From assembly GCA_965218935.1 (NCBI GenBank), contig CBDCMH010000013.1, forward strand, positions 12,520-76,519: 64,000 nucleotides of DNA, given 5' to 3'. The notes below the pieces were generated by a model. The model ran no database searches. It saw nothing but the letters and a program-made list of their open reading frames with translations, and had not been told where the DNA came from. The translations under genes and the position numbers were made by a program. Each line of letters starts with the position of its first letter. Positions within the stretch are counted from its first letter, which is position 1. Shown here piece after piece: positions 10,199 through 20,963 of the stretch. Source of the stretch: Acidobacteriota bacterium. Lineage in GTDB: Bacteria > Acidobacteriota > UBA6911 > RPQK01 > JADFOI01.

Positions 10199-13100
10199 CT
10201 AGGATGATCCCTTGTGAGCCGCCGCCTTGGCGCGGCTGAAGCTACTGCCCGTCAGCAGATTGGCGATAGCGCTAATCCCTCGCTGGCATCCTCGACTCAC
10301 ATCATCCATATAGGAGTAGACCGTGGGCAGGATGATAAGGGTCAAAAAGGTCGAGGTGGTCAGTCCGCCCAGTACGGCCAGACTCACGGGAGTCCACATC
10401 TGGGAGCGGCCCCGCACGGCCGGAAAATATTCCGGCAACAGAGCAGGCAGCGTTAAGGGTAAGAGACCGAACACTGAGGTGATCGCTGTCATGAGAATGG
10501 GACGAAGCCGGTCCATCCCCCCCTGGCGAATGGCCTCACTGCGGGGTAAACCCTCGCGTCTCAAGATATTGATGTGATCCACCAAAATGATCCCGTTGTT
10601 GACGACTAGACCAAAGAGAACCAGGATGCCCAGATAGGCCATCGAGTTGAGTGTTGTTCCTGTTATATAAAAGAGAGCGGCCACTCCAATGACGGAAAAA
10701 GGAACAGTAAAAAGAATCGTTAGTGGGTGAATGAAACTCTCAAAGAGCGCCGCCATAATAATGTACATCAGGACAATGGCCATGACGACGGCAAAGAGGC
10801 TCTGCTGCTGGCTTTCCTGGAAGCGCATCCACTGTCGGCCAAAACTAAAGGAATATCCCGCTGGAAGCTGAAGTTCGCTCTCCAACTGATCCTCAATCAT
10901 TTCGTTCAGAAACATCCCGCCGCCACGCTGGGCATTGGCCGTGATCTGCAACACTCCCTTGCGGTCATCCCTCCGAATCGACAACGGACCCTTCTCATAC
11001 TGATAATCCACAACTGCATACAAGGGGATCATCTCCCCATCGCGATTTTCAAATTGGATATTCTGCAGCTCCTGGAGACTCAATTCATTCTCACCCTGGA
11101 GTTGCACCAAGACATCGATCTCACCCTCATCGCTCTTGTATCGAGTCACAGCGCGGGTACTCAAAGCCGAAGCGACGGTCCTGGCCACCAGTTGGGGTGA
11201 GATCCCAAACTTCTCCGTCTTCTTCCGGTCCACCGTTAGATGGACCTCCTCCTCTCCCGTTTCCAGGGAGGTTTCAATGTCTTTGAGTTCCGGTATCGTC
11301 GAGAGGATAGACTCAATTTCTTCTGCATACATGGCCAAAATGGCGGACTCATCCCCCTTCACTTCGATCCTCACTCCCATGTCACCACCTCCCATGTGCC
11401 TCATCCGCCCGAGGGTAAAGGAAGCTCCGGGGATCGCTGGGAACAGGTTTCGTATCTCCTCCTGTACAACCGCCACCGGTTTGATGTTTCCCTCCTCTTT
11501 CAAGTAGAGGGTCATATTCCCCCGGTATTGTCCCCGGCTGGTAGTGCGGTTACTAAAATTGCTGGCAATGGTAGCAATACCTAATTCATCCTGGCGATCC
11601 AGAAACACCTTTTCCACATCCCCGAACACGTCAATCATCTCTTCAGCCGAAAAAGACCGTTCCATGGTCACGCTGACCCTAAGATTCCGCTGAGCCGCCC
11701 GGGGAAGCATCTCCCGATCAATGGAAGTGAAAAGCTTGAAGGAGGCGAATCCCAGAAGTGCCATCACGATCAGGGCTACAAAGCGCCAGCGCAACAACCA
11801 GCCCATGAGAACCCCGTACCTCTCGGTGACCCAAACGATAATTCTCTGTTTGGGCTTCTCCTTACCGGTGAAAATGCGACTCGACAGCATAGGAATCAAG
11901 GTGAGCGCAACAATCAAGGCGGCGGTCAGGGCTATCCCGATGGCCAGACCGAAGTCCCTTGTAAATCGACCCATCTGAGAACTGGGAGCAAAGATAAAGC
12001 TGATGAAAACCACGATGGTGGTGGCTGTGGAGGCAAGGACAGCTAACCCCACTTCCCGACTGCCCGATATGGCGGCCTCTCGTGCATCCAGGCCTTTTTC
12101 CTGCTTATGCCGGAAAATATTCTCCAACACCACGACACTGCTATCGACCAGCATCCCCACAGCAACCATGAGCCCCATTAGGGAAACGACGTTCAAGCTG
12201 ATGTCCGAGCCGGCAAAAACCCTGAGCAGATACATGAAGGCAAAGGTGAAAACGATAGATACCGGAATGGCAATGGAAATGATGATGGTGCTTCTAAACT
12301 TCCTCAAAAAGAAGAAGAGCACACCCATGGCCAAAAACCCCCCGTAGATGCCGGCAATCTTGAGGTCATTCAAGCTCTTACTGATATCTTCCGACTGATC
12401 CCGAAAGATCTTCGCCGACAAGCGGCCCTGCAGTTGCGGTAGCTGCTGAATTTTCGCCAATTCCTCTTTCAGCAGCTGGGCCACGCTGACCACATTTGCT
12501 GTGGAGGCCTTGTACACATCAAAATTGACGGCATCCATACTGTTTAACCGGGAAAAGGAAGTCTTTTCAGGATATTCGTATTGCACCTGGCCAACATCTG
12601 ACAGCGTGAGTACTCCCCCCTGAAGGGGCAAGCTGGCAATATCGTCCGGGGATTGGAACTCTCCAACGCTTCGGAGGCTATATTTCTTTCCCCCATCCAT
12701 GATGTAGCCCCCGGCCACGTTGATGTTGTTGTTGCGAAGCGCTTGGTTCAAATTATAGAGGTCAATGCCATAAGCTTGCAGCAAACCCTGATCGAGGTTG
12801 ATGATGATTTGCCTCGCCTCCATGCCTCGGACATCAACGTTGGCCACCCCATCAATTCTCTCCAGGCGACGCTGCAGGATTTCTTCCACTACCCGGTGTA
12901 ATTCATCCCGATCGCCGTTCCAGGAAACGGAAAAACGCAACACCGGCTGGTCGCTGTCATGCCATCTTCTGATGGAGACCCGCTCCACATCAGTGGGTAG
13001 CCGGTTCCTCACTTGATCCACTCGGTCCCGTATCTCCAAGAACGTCAGATCCATATCCGTTCCCTGCCCGAACTCGAGCCGCAGGTTGGAACTGCTGCCC

Positions 13101-13354
13101 GATGAAGTTGAACTGATGCCTTCCAGATTGTCCAGGGTGCTCAGGATCTCTTCCAAGGGCCGGGTGATGTTGCGTTCCACCTCTTCAGGAGAAGAGGAGG
13201 GATAGCTGACATTTACGGACAGCATGGAGGAAGAAAATTCCGGCATTTGTTTCAGGGGAAGTCGCTGCAAAGACAGAAAACCCAAAACGAGAATGGAAAG
13301 AGTGACCATCAAAATCGTTATGGGACGCAGGACTGAGAACTTGGATAGATTCAC
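10199..13354 (-). CDS. RND efflux permease subunit (AcrB/SwrC-like) 2
   Basis: 1051 aa; GMLVDSSVVVLENI and RLRPILMT motifs; 12-TM pattern. Confidence 0.93.
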   Translation of the reverse strand: MNLSKFSVLRPITILMVTLSILVLGFLSLQRLPLKQMPEFSSSMLSVNVSYPSSSPEEVERNITRPLEEILSTLDNLEGISSTSSGSSSNLRLEFGQGTDMDLTFLEIRDRVDQVRNRLPTDVERVSIRRWHDSDQPVLRFSVSWNGDRDELHRVVEEILQRRLERIDGVANVDVRGMEARQIIINLDQGLLQAYGIDLYNLNQALRNNNINVAGGYIMDGGKKYSLRSVGEFQSPDDIASLPLQGGVLTLSDVGQVQYEYPEKTSFSRLNSMDAVNFDVYKASTANVVSVAQLLKEELAKIQQLPQLQGRLSAKIFRDQSEDISKSLNDLKIAGIYGGFLAMGVLFFFLRKFRSTIIISIAIPVSIVFTFAFMYLLRVFAGSDISLNVVSLMGLMVAVGMLVDSSVVVLENIFRHKQEKGLDAREAAISGSREVGLAVLASTATTIVVFISFIFAPSSQMGRFTRDFGLAIGIALTAALIVALTLIPMLSSRIFTGKEKPKQRIIVWVTERYGVLMGWLLRWRFVALIVMALLGFASFKLFTSIDREMLPRAAQRNLRVSVTMERSFSAEEMIDVFGDVEKVFLDRQDELGIATIASNFSNRTTSRGQYRGNMTLYLKEEGNIKPVAVVQEEIRNLFPAIPGASFTLGRMRHMGGGDMGVRIEVKGDESAILAMYAEEIESILSTIPELKDIETSLETGEEEVHLTVDRKKTEKFGISPQLVARTVASALSTRAVTRYKSDEGEIDVLVQLQGENELSLQELQNIQFENRDGEMIPLYAVVDYQYEKGPLSIRRDDRKGVLQITANAQRGGGMFLNEMIEDQLESELQLPAGYSFSFGRQWMRFQESQQQSLFAVVMAIVLMYIIMAALFESFIHPLTILFTVPFSVIGVAALFYITGTTLNSMAYLGILVLFGLVVNNGIILVDHINILRREGLPRSEAIRQGGMDRLRPILMTAITSVFGLLPLTLPALLPEYFPAVRGRSQMWTPVSLAVLGGLTTSTFLTLIILPTVYSYMDDVSRGCQRGISAIANLLTGSSFSRAKAAAHKGSS

Positions 13355-13367
13355 GCTTTTTTCTCCC

Positions 13368-13606
13368 TAGTGTCTCGTCCCATCAATACGATGACGTTTG
13401 TGGCGAGCGCGACGGCATCGAGTTCGCGAAGCAACGACGACGCGATGTCGGTGACATCGTGGAGGAGGAGCGACAAAGAAATCGATGTCGTCGCGCTCGC
13501 CACCCTTCGGGCTGATGGGGGTTGAGGGCGATCTCTGCGTCGCTCCTTGATCTCCCCTCCCAAGACCCATCAGCAACCGTTATCCTATTCATCGGACGAG
13601 TCACTG
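13368..13606. repeat. MITE-like family B copy (TIR TAGTGTCTCGTCCCATxAATACGATGACGTTTG)
   Basis: Closely similar to 28788-29064; degenerate right TIR overlaps the 3' end of the upstream RND gene. Confidence 0.85.
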
Positions 13607-16600
13607 GTAACCAAAGTATAAAGAACGGGTACTAATGCCAGTGTCAGCAGCGTCGAAGTAATCAGACCTCCGATTACGGTAACGGCCAAGGGCGCCCGCA
13701 GTTCGGAACCTTCACCCATACTCACTGCCATAGGAAGCAATCCGAGGACCGTGGTACTGGTGGTCATCAAAATGGGTCTCAGCCGCACCGCACAGGCTTC
13801 CTGAATAGCCTGGAACTTATCTTTTCCCTGTTCTCTGAGTTGATTCGTAAAGTCTATCAGGACAATCGAGTTGTTGACAACGATTCCCGCTAAGATCACA
13901 CCTCCGATCAGCACCACAACACTCAACACCAAGCCCGTTAGATAGAGTGCCAAAGCCACCCCGATAAGAGCAAAGGGTATGGCAAACATAATGACAAAGG
14001 GCTGCGCCAGAGATTCAAATTGTGAGGCCATAACCAGATAGACCAGGAAAACCGCCAACAAAATGGCGAACTGCATGCTCTCAAAGGCCACCGCCCGCTC
14101 TTCGCTCTGCCCTCCTACATAGGCGAACATATCGGGCGGAAGATCAAACTCCTGCAAGGCCAGGTCAATTTCACTCACCACGCTCTGTAAATCCCGATCG
14201 GCGATGTTTGCCGAGATGAGAGCGACTCGTTGAGGTCCGATGCGCCGAATCTCAGTGGGTCCCTCTTCCAATACGACGTCAGCTACAGTGGACAAACGAA
14301 CGGGGCTGCCGTTGGGCACATCCAAAACAAGGTTCTTCAAATCAAACAGCGACCTGCGATCTTCCTCCAGGACTCGGACCCGGATGTCAATCTTACGGTC
14401 AGGCTCGTTCAGCTCCGTTGCGATATCGCCCTGAACCTTATTGCGAAGCAAGCCCGCAGCCTGGTTGATGTTGAGTCCCCAGTTGGCCAGCCGTTGGCGA
14501 TCAAAATGGATCTGCACCTCAGGATTTCCACCGTCGGTACTGGCCTTCAGATCCCTCAGTCCCGAGATCTGGGTAAGCCGTTCCCGGATTCGATCAGCGT
14601 AGGTTTTTAAGGCCTGCAAATTGTAGCCCTGCACGATCACCTCTATGGGCTGCTTAAAGCTGAAAAGAGCCGGCCGTGAGAATTTGTAATCTACCGCGGG
14701 AAGATGTCGAAAGCGCTCCCTCAGCCCTTCCAGAACTGCGGTTTCTTTCTCATGAAGCATGTCCGGGCCGAGAGCGACCAGGATCTGACCAATATGCTCC
14801 CTTTCTTCCACCGCTGAGGCTCCCGTTTGATTCCCCGATCCCACAATGGTGTAGTACCTTTCAACTCCTTGCTCTTGTCGGATAACCGCCTCCGCTTCCT
14901 CTAATCTTCGCGAGGTCTGTTCCACCGGGGTTCCGGGAGGAAGCTGCAGATCAACGAAAAACTCACCCTGACTGATTTCAGGAATGAGCTCCGCACCCAG
15001 TCCTGTCAGCAGACTCAAAGCACCCCCAAACAACACCACGGCGATAAGCAGGAAAGCCAGCCGTTGCCGTAATGCTTGGCCTAGAAACCAGGAGTAGGGC
15101 CGAACCAGAAAAAACTCTTTCGATCTCTTCTGTGCTGGTTCCTCTTTCCCGTTAGGCTCCCCTCCTCCACCCAGACTGGCCAGCATAGGGATGAGCATTA
15201 TGGCAACCACCAGGGAAGCCACCAGAGAAAAGGTCACCGTCAATGCCTGGTCTGCAAAAAGCTGTCCGGCTATTCCCTCGACAAAGACGATCGGTGCAAA
15301 CACGCAAACCGTTGTCATGGTGCTGGCGACAACGGCATGTCCTACCTCACTGGCTCCCAGGTCGGCCGCTTCACGGGGACTGTGCCCCTTGGTTCGATAA
15401 CGATGGATGGACTCAAGGACCACAATGGAGTTATCCACCAGCATCCCGATACCCAGTGCCAGTCCGCTCAAGGACATGATGTTGAGGGAAATGTTGGCCC
15501 CGTACATGAGAAAGAAGGTGGCCACAATGGAAATGGGTATGGAGAGGGCAATAATAAGCGTGCTCTGGACACTCCGTAAGAAGAGGAAGAGGACAATAAC
15601 GGCCAGGATGCCACCGATCATGGCGGTGTTGAGAACTTCATCTATGGACTGTTCGATAAATCGTGATTGGTCGAACACGACTTCGAAATCCAACGGAACT
15701 CTCTTCCCGCTGTATTCCTTTTCCAGCCCGTCCAGCCGAGTTCGAACCTGAGCCGCGGCCGTAACGGTGTTGGCATCGGCTGCCTTGAAAACGGCGATCT
15801 CAACGCTTTCCTCACCGTTAATCCGAGTGATCACCTTGCGTTCCTTATAGCCGGAGTAAGCAGAGCCCAGGTCGCTCAAACGGATCGGCACACCGTTTTT
15901 CTGTGCCACAATAACTTCGTTGATCTCCTCGACGTCTTGAAACTCGTTTAGAGTTCGAACCAGATACTTGCTTTCCCCCTCCTGGAGGGTTCCGCCCGTC
16001 AGATTGATATTTTCCTGACCCAGCCGGCTGGTCACTTCCTGAATGGACACCCCCAGTGAGGTAAGTTTCTGCTCATCCAGCTCAACGTGGATCTCTTCTT
16101 CGAATCCTCCGGAGACCCGGAGCGCAGCTACACCGTCAATGCTTTCCAAATCAGACTTAACGAATTCCTCGCAAAGATATCGAATCTCCGAGAGGTCAGG
16201 AGAGCCGGACACGCTGACCCTCATAATCGGATCGGTGGAAGGATCGTAGCGCAGGAGGATAGGCTTGCTGGCATCTAACGGCAGCTGCAAAACATCCAGT
16301 TTCTCTCGAACATCCAGCGCTGCAAAATCCATATTGGTTCTCCAGCTGAATTCCAAAATGACATCGGAAACCTCGGGCTTGGAGACGGAACTGACGCGAA
16401 CCACATTGTTGGCCACGCTGACAGCATTCTCGACCGTTTCTGTGATCAGGTTCTCGACTTCCGCTGGCGCGGCGCCTTCGTAGTTGGTGCGAACGGTGAG
16501 AGTGGGATAGGAGATTTCAGGCAAGAGATTCAAGGCCAACCGGCCATAAGAAACGCTGCCAAAAACGGCAATGGCGACAAAGAGCATCGTCACCGTAACA

Positions 16601-16632
16601 GGGCGACGAATGGAAAACCCGACAATCTTCAT
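13585..16632 (-). CDS. RND efflux permease subunit 1
   Basis: 1015 aa; GMLVDNSIVVLESI and RLRPILMTT motifs. Confidence 0.93.
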   Translation of the reverse strand: MKIVGFSIRRPVTVTMLFVAIAVFGSVSYGRLALNLLPEISYPTLTVRTNYEGAAPAEVENLITETVENAVSVANNVVRVSSVSKPEVSDVILEFSWRTNMDFAALDVREKLDVLQLPLDASKPILLRYDPSTDPIMRVSVSGSPDLSEIRYLCEEFVKSDLESIDGVAALRVSGGFEEEIHVELDEQKLTSLGVSIQEVTSRLGQENINLTGGTLQEGESKYLVRTLNEFQDVEEINEVIVAQKNGVPIRLSDLGSAYSGYKERKVITRINGEESVEIAVFKAADANTVTAAAQVRTRLDGLEKEYSGKRVPLDFEVVFDQSRFIEQSIDEVLNTAMIGGILAVIVLFLFLRSVQSTLIIALSIPISIVATFFLMYGANISLNIMSLSGLALGIGMLVDNSIVVLESIHRYRTKGHSPREAADLGASEVGHAVVASTMTTVCVFAPIVFVEGIAGQLFADQALTVTFSLVASLVVAIMLIPMLASLGGGGEPNGKEEPAQKRSKEFFLVRPYSWFLGQALRQRLAFLLIAVVLFGGALSLLTGLGAELIPEISQGEFFVDLQLPPGTPVEQTSRRLEEAEAVIRQEQGVERYYTIVGSGNQTGASAVEEREHIGQILVALGPDMLHEKETAVLEGLRERFRHLPAVDYKFSRPALFSFKQPIEVIVQGYNLQALKTYADRIRERLTQISGLRDLKASTDGGNPEVQIHFDRQRLANWGLNINQAAGLLRNKVQGDIATELNEPDRKIDIRVRVLEEDRRSLFDLKNLVLDVPNGSPVRLSTVADVVLEEGPTEIRRIGPQRVALISANIADRDLQSVVSEIDLALQEFDLPPDMFAYVGGQSEERAVAFESMQFAILLAVFLVYLVMASQFESLAQPFVIMFAIPFALIGVALALYLTGLVLSVVVLIGGVILAGIVVNNSIVLIDFTNQLREQGKDKFQAIQEACAVRLRPILMTTSTTVLGLLPMAVSMGEGSELRAPLAVTVIGGLITSTLLTLALVPVLYTLVTSDSSDE

Positions 16633-18143
16633 GGCCCCCGGAAATCCCCCCTGTATTGCCGCATCATTTCCTGAGTGAAGGCTCTTTTCTTTTCAGAATC
16701 TGTGGCAAATTCGGGGTCCTGAGCTAACCGCGCTTCGTATTCCTCTTTGACCTCAGGGTTTTCCATCAACCGATTCATAAATCTTTCAACCATCTCAGGA
16801 GGCATCTCTCGGCCGCCTGGGCCACGACTCCCGGGAGATCTTCTTCCTGCCTCCTGCCTGGGCGGAGTGTCCCTGCCCCGGGGAGGACTTATCTCATCAG
16901 CGCGATCACCTCTTGCCGGAGAAGAGGCTGGCTCCGAGGCAGCAGAAACAGAGGGGCCCTCTGGAGAAGCTTCTCCCTCCCAGGAGATAATATTCACAAG
17001 ATAGCCATCGGCCAATCCCTCATAGCCCACCGTAACGACATCTTCTCCTACCTGGAGCCCCTCCAGAACTTCAACCCGGTCTTCCTCACTAAATCCAAGG
17101 ACAACATCGCGCTTCTCCACTAAGTTCTCGGCGATGATGACGAAAATACGGTTTTCATCACGCTCGCGTAAAACGGCCTTCTTGGGAATCACAATCGCGT
17201 CTGGGCGCGTCTCGGAGGCAATGTAAACCGTCCCAAACATACCCGGTCGCAACCGGTCCGGCCGCTCCATCTCAAGCGTCACTTTGACGGTCCCGGAGGT
17301 CGCATCGACAGTGGGATTAATCATCTTAATGGCAGCTTCAAAATCTTGATCGGGGAAAGTGTCGACCCGAACTTGAGCTTTCTGTGCAACTCTGAGCTGG
17401 GGCAACTCTCGCTCGGGAACGAAAATACGCGCCCACAGCGGAGGAAACTCCTCGACGCTGAAGACCTCGTCACCGTTGACACGGTCTCCTACTTCCACCA
17501 GTCGTTCCGTGATCACACCGTCGATGGGTGAAAGGATCTCGGTGTATTCCAGCTGAATGGCGGCCGCTTCGAGCCGGGCCTGTGCAGCCTCGAGATGCTG
17601 CTGGGCCGTTTCTAAAGCCAGCTCATCGGTACGATGGGCCAAAGAGACCTGATCAAATTCCTGTTTGCTAATCAACTGCTGCTCAGACAGGTCCAGTGCC
17701 CTTTCGTAGTCGGCAATGGAGAGCTGCACCTTGACCTCTCCCTGCTCAAGTCCAAGCCTCGCTTCGTCAACGGCGATACCCGCCTGCTCGTACTCGTTTC
17801 GAACTTCGCGATCCTCGAGACGAAGAAGGGTATTCCCTTCGCGAACAAAGGCTCCCTCCTCCACCAGGATTTCATCAACAATGGCATTAAGCCTGGCATA
17901 GACCGTGACCTTCCGGATCGCTTCCAGGGTGGTATTGGAGACAATATAGGTGGAAATGGGCTCTGTCCTGGCCCGGTAGGCTCGGATACTGATGGCCTGG
18001 GCCTCTGCTGACCCATTCCCGCCGTCCTGGCCCCGACCTGCTCGTCCCGGATTTCTTTCGGTTTGAGTACCGTCGCTCGAACATGCACCCAGCACCGCCA
18101 ACAACACGACCACGGGCGCCAGTAGGATCCGTTGATATTGCAT
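16629..18143 (-). CDS. RND periplasmic adaptor (membrane fusion lipoprotein)
   Basis: Lipobox LGAC, coiled-coil hairpin, SPIDGVI and LRPGMF motifs; overlaps permease start. Confidence 0.9.
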   Translation of the reverse strand: MQYQRILLAPVVVLLAVLGACSSDGTQTERNPGRAGRGQDGGNGSAEAQAISIRAYRARTEPISTYIVSNTTLEAIRKVTVYARLNAIVDEILVEEGAFVREGNTLLRLEDREVRNEYEQAGIAVDEARLGLEQGEVKVQLSIADYERALDLSEQQLISKQEFDQVSLAHRTDELALETAQQHLEAAQARLEAAAIQLEYTEILSPIDGVITERLVEVGDRVNGDEVFSVEEFPPLWARIFVPERELPQLRVAQKAQVRVDTFPDQDFEAAIKMINPTVDATSGTVKVTLEMERPDRLRPGMFGTVYIASETRPDAIVIPKKAVLRERDENRIFVIIAENLVEKRDVVLGFSEEDRVEVLEGLQVGEDVVTVGYEGLADGYLVNIISWEGEASPEGPSVSAASEPASSPARGDRADEISPPRGRDTPPRQEAGRRSPGSRGPGGREMPPEMVERFMNRLMENPEVKEEYEARLAQDPEFATDSEKKRAFTQEMMRQYRGDFRGP

Positions 18144-18206
18144 AGATACCTCAGGTTCGGCAGTCAAGTTAATATACGCCAAGCGCACACGTTCGTTTCA
18201 TTTTCC

Positions 18207-18299
18207 TAAGTGTCTCGTTCCATAATAGGATGCACATTGGCATCGCGTCATCGTCGCGCTCGACACAAACGTCATCGCATTTATGGAACGAGACACTTG
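18207..18299. repeat. MITE-like family B, internally deleted copy
   Basis: AAGTGTCTCGTTCCATA...TATGGAACGAGACACTT inverted repeats. Confidence 0.8.
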
Positions 18300-18357
18300 G
18301 TGGCTCTTAATTACTTTAGGGTTATGAAGTAAAGGTGTTAAAATACGCGTCTGCTGG

Positions 18358-18549
18358 TAGCCGAGGTGATGCATAGGTTCTCGTCACGAGGTGGCGAAAA
18401 CGCCGACCCGGCAAGGGGGGCGACCGAGGTCCCCGCAAACGTACTCTCTGCAGTACGTTGAGGACCGGGGGCACCCGCGCTTGCGGGTCGCGCTGCCAGG
18501 GCGGATGGTTTTTCCATTGCAGTAGAGAATTGATGCACCACCCCGGCTC
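18358..18549. repeat. MITE/REP-like family A copy
   Basis: TAGCCGAGGTGATGCATAG...TGATGCACCACCCCGGCT; internal AACGTACTCTCTGCAGTACGTT hairpin. Confidence 0.8.
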
Positions 18550-18568
18550 ACAAAGGGAGGAGGGATCT

Positions 18569-19189
18569 GTGAGCGTTGAATATGTCGAGAAACTCTACAA
18601 TCGTTTCTCGACCTTCTATGACCTGATATACGGTCTCAAGGTTTTCAACCATGGAAGGGAACTGGCACCAGAGTATCTTGATCTCTTCCAAGGGGCCCAG
18701 CTTCTAGAAGTAGGGGTGGGAACCGGCCTTGCCATCCCTCCGCTGCCCAAAAATATCGAAATCACTGCTATCGACTTCTCCCAGAGAATGCTGAACCAAA
18801 CCCGAAAGCGGCTTCATTCACTGGGCATTCATAACGTCCAGCTCTTTAAAATGGACGCCACCCACCTGGAATTCCCGGACAACAGCTTTGATCGAATCCT
18901 GGCGGCTTACTTCATTTCCACTGTGCCGGATCCCGTCAAGGTGATTTTGGAGATGAAACGAGTGTGCCGCCCAGGAGGTTACCTGGTCTTCCTCAATCAC
19001 TTCGAGTGCGAAGTACCCGTCATCGACCTTATCGAGAGACATCTCTCCCCTTTCTTTTACCGGCTAGGCTTTAACACGGGCCTGAACCTGCACGGGTTGA
19101 TGGAGCAATCGGGTCTTGAGGTGGAGAGCGTAGAGAAAATTGATGCCTTAGGTCACTTTAAGGCGGTCAGGTGTATTAATCGGGACTAA
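18569..19189 (+). CDS. class I SAM-dependent methyltransferase (PmtA-like phospholipid N-methyltransferase)
   Basis: LEVGVGTG motif I, MDATHLEFPDNSFD and RVCRPGG; GTG start after GGGAGGAGG. Confidence 0.8.
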   Translation: MSVEYVEKLYNRFSTFYDLIYGLKVFNHGRELAPEYLDLFQGAQLLEVGVGTGLAIPPLPKNIEITAIDFSQRMLNQTRKRLHSLGIHNVQLFKMDATHLEFPDNSFDRILAAYFISTVPDPVKVILEMKRVCRPGGYLVFLNHFECEVPVIDLIERHLSPFFYRLGFNTGLNLHGLMEQSGLEVESVEKIDALGHFKAVRCINRD

Positions 19190-19262
19190 GTGTCTCGTTC
19201 CATAAATACGATGACGTCTGCTGACGGGGCTTGCGTGGGGAGATCAAGGAACGAGGGACTAA
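19187..19262. repeat. MITE-like family B, deleted copy in reverse orientation
   Basis: TAAGTGTCTCGTTCCATAAATACGATGACGT...GGAACGAGGGACTAA; starts in the TAA stop of the methyltransferase. Confidence 0.8.
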
Positions 19263-19429
19263 GGACCTGATCCTGAAATAGAATCAGGTCAGCAAACGAT
19301 TGCAATCCGGTTCGTCTGCCATCTTTATCCTTTTATTGTCAAGGTTTTATCCAGATGTAAAAAAGCACCCGGACCTCCTCCAAAAGCCCTGGGTTCAGAT
19401 AGGGTGCAGAAATCACACGCTATTTCCCA

Positions 19430-20894
19430 CCCGTTGCCTCACGTAAAAATCTATTCCAAAGGGTATTCGTTGCCTCACTAAGAATCTATCCGAAAGGGAT
19501 TGCAAAAAGTGGTGGTAAAAAGCACCAACCAGAGGAGTGGCAACCCCTTGCCCAACACCCGCAGCCTGCAGCAAGAGAAAGATTTTCACATCCAGCCCGC
19601 TTCCCATCGTTTCTTCTGCTCAGGAGTCGGTTTGAGCAAAAGGCAATTCTGAAGCCAGCCGATCTGCCGTGCCAGCTGGGCCGGATTGAGCTTCTCATAC
19701 TCTCGGGCCAGTTCCCGCTTGATCTTGTCCGCCACCTCAGGGGACTCGCAGATCCTCCGGTAGGGAGTTTTCGGCACATCATACTTTTTCCAGATCCGAG
19801 ACCCTCGACGTTGCTTGGCCACCATCTTCATGACCGGCTTGAAAAAGTTGATCTGCAGTCGCAGCCGATCGTACAACTCGTTCACCAGCTCCTGTTCTCG
19901 CTCTCCCTCGTAGCGAGCATAACCCACGGCCCGCCGAACCACCGAATAGTTTTTCTGCTCCACATAAGGGTTGTCATTCTTGCGCGAGGGGCGGGTTCGG
20001 CTGAAGCTGATCTTTTCCTGCTCACAAAAACGAATCAAGTGCTTGTTGATGAACTCGCTGCCGTTGTCCGAAGCCATCCCCAGCCAAGGGAAGGGCGAGC
20101 GCTTCTGAAGCAGCTTCATCGCTTCCAGGACCCACACCTGGGCCTTATTGCGCACCGCTCGGACCTCTGTCCAGCCCGTGTACACGTCCGTCACATCCAG
20201 GGTTTGAAGGTAGTCCCCCCGACCCTGGCCTCCCTCATGGCCCACCAGGTCCACTTCCACAAAACCGGGGCGATCCTCCTGCCAGTCGGCGAAACGCTTG
20301 ATCGGAATCTGGTGTTTGAGCAGCGTTCCCGGCTTGGTTCCGGATCGTCCTTTGAGACGGTGCTTGCACCTTTCGGGCTCCAGCAGCCGATCGATGGTGG
20401 CGGCGCTGATCTGCATCAACCGCTCATGGGTGCTGGCATCCACTTTCAGTTCCCCATGTCTTTGTAAAATGGGTACCACTTCCGGCAAAATCGCGACCAG
20501 ACGTTTGCCACACAAATAGTCCAGTATCTCCCAGATCATCGTCAGCGCCTTTAGAACTTTCTGGTCGTATTTGCGGGCCCGCTCTCGCCGTACTCTCTTG
20601 CCGATATCCCCTACCGCCACCAGCTTGGGGCTCAACCGGATCCGCTTGCCCTGGTGGCGAAGCAGATAGGCTCCATAGCAGCGGTTGTAGCCCGTCATTT
20701 GGGTAAACTCCGTCAACACTTCCCCCTTCACCTTCTTGCCCTTCTTCCGGTAGCGGGGGGCAAAACTTTTGATCAATACACGCTTTTCTGCCATCGTTAA
20801 CCTCATTGGTGCCCTCCATTCCTTCATGGAGGACACTTCTATTCCCCTGCTCAGGGCCAGGCAATTTCGAATAGATTTTTGATGAGGCAATTCG
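19430..20894 (-). mobile_element. 1465-bp IS with rve/DDE integrase-type transposase (ISNCY, possibly ISLbi1-like), copy 1
   Basis: Ends CCCGTTGCCTCA...TGAGGCAATTCG; 5-bp target duplication TCCCA (19425-19429 and 20895-20899); near-identical to 61120-62584. Confidence 0.93.
19586..20806 (-). CDS. transposase (integrase core; Rv2807-like)
   Basis: EVDLVGH, SDNGSEF and [14 protein letters not shown] motifs; RBS GGAGG before ATG 20806. Confidence 0.92.
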   Translation of the reverse strand: MRLTMAEKRVLIKSFAPRYRKKGKKVKGEVLTEFTQMTGYNRCYGAYLLRHQGKRIRLSPKLVAVGDIGKRVRRERARKYDQKVLKALTMIWEILDYLCGKRLVAILPEVVPILQRHGELKVDASTHERLMQISAATIDRLLEPERCKHRLKGRSGTKPGTLLKHQIPIKRFADWQEDRPGFVEVDLVGHEGGQGRGDYLQTLDVTDVYTGWTEVRAVRNKAQVWVLEAMKLLQKRSPFPWLGMASDNGSEFINKHLIRFCEQEKISFSRTRPSRKNDNPYVEQKNYSVVRRAVGYARYEGEREQELVNELYDRLRLQINFFKPVMKMVAKQRRGSRIWKKYDVPKTPYRRICESPEVADKIKRELAREYEKLNPAQLARQIGWLQNCLLLKPTPEQKKRWEAGWM

Positions 20895-20899
20895 TCCCA

Positions 20900-20928
20900 T
20901 TGCCTTCATCCCCCTAGGGGCGTAACAT
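20900..20928 (+). promoter_or_regulatory. sigma70-like promoter TTGCCT-N17-TAACAT
   Basis: 17-nt spacer; 35 nt upstream of the kinase ATG; abuts the IS target duplication. Confidence 0.6.
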
Positions 20929-20963
20929 CAACGCAACACTGACAGCTGCATTGCCGGGGAGAC

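Noticed and set aside
13351-13604. Short ORFs at 13351-13604, 18338-18541 and 28760-29171
   Set aside because: They are translations of MITE sequence with no protein-like features.
19430-19500. Two direct repeats GTTGCCTCAC...AATCTAT resembling a mini CRISPR array
   Set aside because: They are subterminal repeats of the IS end, present in all copies, with no spacer diversity and no cas genes.
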